Positions 60,401 to 64,000 of a DNA stretch of 64,000 nt are shown in pieces. Both the position numbers and the translations under genes were made by a program. How positions within the stretch are numbered: position 1 is the first letter of the stretch; every line of letters starts with the position of its first letter. Under the pieces are notes generated by a model. The model was not told where the DNA came from. It saw nothing but the letters and a program-made list of their open reading frames with translations, and ran no database searches. Location: positions 819,801 through 883,800 of the forward strand of contig CP133316.1 in assembly GCA_050920645.1 (NCBI GenBank), read 5' to 3'. Source of the DNA: Rickettsia endosymbiont of Argas persicus. GTDB taxonomy: Bacteria > Pseudomonadota > Alphaproteobacteria > Rickettsiales > Rickettsiaceae.

Positions 60401-61771
60401 GTAAGATAGAAACACTAAGAGAATCCTATAAGCTAGCTAAACACAATAAGGGGGCGCCTGGAATAGATGGTGTTACTTTTGAAATGATAGAGTTAGCTGG
60501 GGTTGAACAATTTCTGGAAAACATACAAACAGAATTACAAGCCAGGACCTATTATCCCAAGAGGAGAAGGGTCAAGGTAATTCCTAAAGATAATGGGAAT
60601 AAAATGAGGAAGTTATCCATACCAACTATCAAAGATAGAGTAGTAGAAGGAGCACTAAAGCTCATTTTAGAACCAATATTTGAAGCTGACTTCCAACCTG
60701 GATCATATGGATATCGCCCTAAACGGACTGCAGCTGCGGCTATAGAAAAAGTTACAGTAGCAGCAATTAAGGAGAAGACAAGAGTAATAGATGTAGACTT
60801 GCGCTCTTACTTTGACACGATTGCCCACTTTGAGCTATTTAACAAGATAGCAGAACGTGTAAATGACAAAGATGTTATGAAGCTACTAAAATTAATAGTC
60901 AAAGCAAGTGGGAAAAGAGGCATATCTCAAGGCGGGCCACTATCACCTCTTTTAAGCAATATTTACCTCAATGAAGTAGATAAGATGCTAGAAAGAGCAA
61001 AGAGCGTGAGTAAGCTAAGAGATGGTTATGACCACGTAGAGTACGTTAGATGGGCCGATGATCTGATTATACTAATTGATGGCTACAGCAAATGGCAGTG
61101 GTTAGAGAGAGCGATCAATATAAGGCTAAGACAAGAATTGTTGAAAATAAAGGTTGAGCTAAACGAAGAGAAGACAAATACAGTCAATCTAAAGAGTGGT
61201 GAAACATTTAGTTTTCTGGGGTTTGATTTTAGACTAGTGAAAACTAAGCAAGGAAAAATTGGAATTCAGAAGACGCCTAGGATGAAAGCGCGCACTGTCC
61301 TGCTAGAAAAACTAAAAGAGATATTCCATAAGTATATATCGCAACCAGTTGATAGAGTGATATGCCTTATCAACCCGATATTACGAGGCTGGATAAATTA
61401 CTTTAGAATTGGTAACTCTAGCCGTTGTTTTGGATATGTAAGGGACTGGGTGGAGAAGAAAGTAAGACGCCATTTAATGAAATCACGTGGATTGAAAGGC
61501 TTCGGCTGGGAAAGGTGGAGTAGGAGAGAGTTGTATGAGAAGATGGGATTATATAATGATTACCAGATTCAATATTACAGACCTTTGAAAGCAATCACAG
61601 CGGATAGGCCATAGGCAATGATAAGAAGTTATCAGGAAAGCGTAATACGGGAAATCTGTACGTTACGTTTGACGAGGCGGGTGATGGAAACGGGGATAAC
61701 AAAAGCCACCGCGCCATTGCTCGACCCTACCTTTGGGAGGAAAGCACCAATATGGTGCCTACCTACCCGCT
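57487..61771 (+). mobile_element. ltrA: Group II intron A2 with intact 574-aa IEP (58048-59772), interrupted by a nested intron
   Basis: GTGCG 5' end; near-identical to A1; 3' 41 nt resume at 61731. Confidence 0.93.
59788..61730 (+). mobile_element. Nested group II intron of a different class; 438-aa endonuclease-less IEP 60298-61614
   Basis: GTGTG 5' end, ..CCCTAC 3' end; domain V AAGCGTAATACG GGAAAT CTGTACGTTACGTTT; GISQGG, VRWADD, LRGWINYF. Confidence 0.92.
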
Positions 61772-61815
61772 GTGCGACACGATGGCACTAAATTAAAGTC
61801 TGCAAGTATATTGCG
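61772..61815 (+). repeat. 44-nt stub of a group II intron 5' end (B type)
   Basis: Exact repeat of 61818-61861. Confidence 0.88.
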
Positions 61816-61817
61816 TA

Positions 61818-64000
61818 GTGCGACACGATGGCACTAAATTAAAGTCTGCAAGTATATTGCGGCTAGGTTGCATTTAGACCTAATTACTATTATTGCGGTG
61901 CAAGGTTGGTAACGACCTTGTGCTAAGCACAATAAGAAGCCTAACTAAAGTACTAATCTGGATAGGAAATAGGGGCAAAGTAAAGTTAAAATTGGTTAAA
62001 CGAAAGTGAATCTTTGTTTGGAAAATATCGTAAATATAAAAGCAGATACTCCAGATAATATCTGTTATAGGGATAAAGCTGAAAAGCTTAGCTGTAAGAA
62101 GGCACACGCGACCTTCTTTAAAAATGCCAGCTCCCCGGTATAAAGAAGGTAACCAACTTAACGCATCTTTAATTAGTGAAACGTGGTAAGCCTATTATTT
62201 GGCAACTTATAGTAGGTAAGAGAGGTCTTAAAAAGCTAATGACACTAAGTCGAAAGACTACAGGAATACATAACTGGGTGTATAGGCACTATGTGCTAAT
62301 CAGAAATGATGCTGACTTGAGACTGGTGATTTACCCTAAATGAGTAAACAAGATTATGAATTATATTGGAAAAGTTAGATGCTAAACGCAAATGTAACAA
62401 TTAAGACTAATGATAATAATAATTCCGAACAAATCCATTGGTATGCAATTGATTGGCAGGATATTAATAAAAAGGTTAATAATCTTCGTAAACGTATTTA
62501 TAGGGCATCTGCAAATGGTAATACGAAACTAGTACGTAGTCTACAGAAACTGATGTTAAAGTCAAGGTCAAATAAATTACTTGCTATAAGACGTGTTACC
62601 CAAATCAATCGAGGGAAGAGAAGTCCTGGTATTGATAAAATAGTTGTTAATACAGATAAAGAAAGAAATCTATTAATGCACAAATTAATAGATAACAATC
62701 TATTATCTGTTAAACCAATCAAGCGTGTATACATACCTAAAAGAAAGGGCAAACTTAGACCTCTAGGTTTGCCCACTATTTTGGATAGATGTAGGCAAGC
62801 TGTTGTTAAATCAGCACTTGAACCATTCTGGGAAGCTCAGTTTGAGGGTAGTAGTTACGGCTTTAGACCTGGACGTAGCACCCACGATGCAATACAGAGA
62901 ATTTCTGCTATTGTTTGCCCTGGTACAACTAGGGGATGGATATTAGACGCTGATATTAAAGGTGCATTTGACAATCTGGATCATGATTTTCTTTTAAAGA
63001 TTGTGGGAAATTTTCCAGCACGAAATTGGATTAAAGCATGGCTTAAATCTGGTGTGATGGAAGAATATCAATTCACCAAAACAACAGTTGGAACTCCTCA
63101 AGGGGAGTGATCAGTCCCTTACTTTTAAACACAGCTCTTCATGGAATGGAAGACATACTTAACATAACTTATGATAAATATGATCATCTCCACCTAAGTC
63201 TGAATATGCTTTAGTCAAATATGCAGATGATTTTGTCATTTGTGCAAAATCTGAAAGCTCTTGTATCAAAGCAAAGCAGATAATCAACGATTGGTTAAAT
63301 ATTAGAGGATTAGGATTATCAGAAGAAAAGACTAAGATACTTCATATTAAGGAGGGTTTTGACTTTCTGGGATTTAATATTCGTCAATATAATACTAAAA
63401 GTAGAAGAAGAGGTGTAACACTACTAGTCAAACCGTCCAAAGATACTATTAAATCATTTAAAAAGCGAATAATGATTGAATGGAAAAGAAGCTTCGCATG
63501 GGGAATTGATAGAATAATTGAAAATCTTAACCCTAGAATAATGGGGTGGTGTAGTTATTTTAACAAGGTTGTCGCCAAAGAACTTTTATCCAACTAGATC
63601 GTTGGATGTGGATGCGACAAGCAAGATTTGCTTGTAGAAGACATCCTAATAAATACTGGAAGTGGCTTAAAGAGAAGTATTGGGGCAGAATCAAAGCTCG
63701 AAATGATAATTGGGTCTTTATGGATAAAAGTAAAGATCTATATCTATGGAAATTACAATGGACAGCAATTAAAAGGCATATTCTAGTTAAAGGCAAAGCA
63801 TCTCCTGATAATCCAGCACTTAAGGAATACTGGCAAAAACGTCAAGCTAGTAAACCAAAGTACTTCTTTAAGACCAGACAGATTCTTTGGCGTAGACAAG
63901 AAGGTAAATGCCTTGTTTGTTTAGATTCAATAGATAATGGAGAAAATGTGCAAGTCCATCATAAAATACCTAAAAGATGTGGCGGCACTGATCATATTAA
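61818..64000 (+). mobile_element. Group II intron B (diverged relative of A), IEP from 62379 with several frameshifts; runs off window
   Basis: GTGCG start, colinear with A; indels near 63105, 63195 and 63578. Confidence 0.9.

Larger units (their letters stand above)
39584..64000. mobile_element. Decayed RAGE-type integrative conjugative element region (right boundary not in window)
   Basis: Begins at tRNA-Val(GAC), a known RAGE insertion site; DnaA_N-like, Dam, histidine kinase and SpoT-HD genes are typical RAGE cargo; I see no typical RPE repeats after this point; no tra or integrase genes visible. Confidence 0.75.

Noticed and set aside
59788-61730. Class C (terminator-targeting) intron
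   Set aside because: It inserts after a stem-loop, but domain V is full-length with an AGC triad rather than the short CGC type; class left unassigned
55707-63110. Retron, DGR or CRISPR-associated reverse transcriptases
   Set aside because: All RTs sit inside recognisable intron domains V/VI with maturase regions; no template/variable repeat pair or CRISPR array seen

Overview
AT-rich Rickettsia chromosome segment (gene order mdh-tlc2-pyrG-kdsB, pat2-sodB-folC, clpP-rpsA-cmk; abundant Rickettsia palindromic elements), probably an IS-rich arthropod endosymbiont lineage. The first ~39.6 kb is core genome shuffled and eroded by IS256, IS6 and IS481 elements, with several pseudogenes (GTA-like tail gene, pyrG, Rpn nuclease) and five tRNAs. 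From tRNA-Val(GAC) at 39507 onward the window is a decayed RAGE-type integrative element (DnaA_N-like pseudogene, Dam methylase, split histidine kinase, SpoT-type HD hydrolase). It carries two stand-out cargoes. (1) A three-gene family of unannotated putative effectors (475, 475 and >=957 aa) shares a ~185-aa domain followed by eukaryote-type PP1-docking motifs (KTVSW; SILK + KVKF) and NLS-like basic clusters; the two 475-aa copies are near-identical except for a divergent C-terminal block. (2) A head-to-tail stack of group II introns has no exon between copies, and one copy has an unrelated group II intron inserted precisely in its catalytic domain V (twintron). All calls are by eye; no searches were run, and single-base frameshifts in homopolymers could be sequencing errors.
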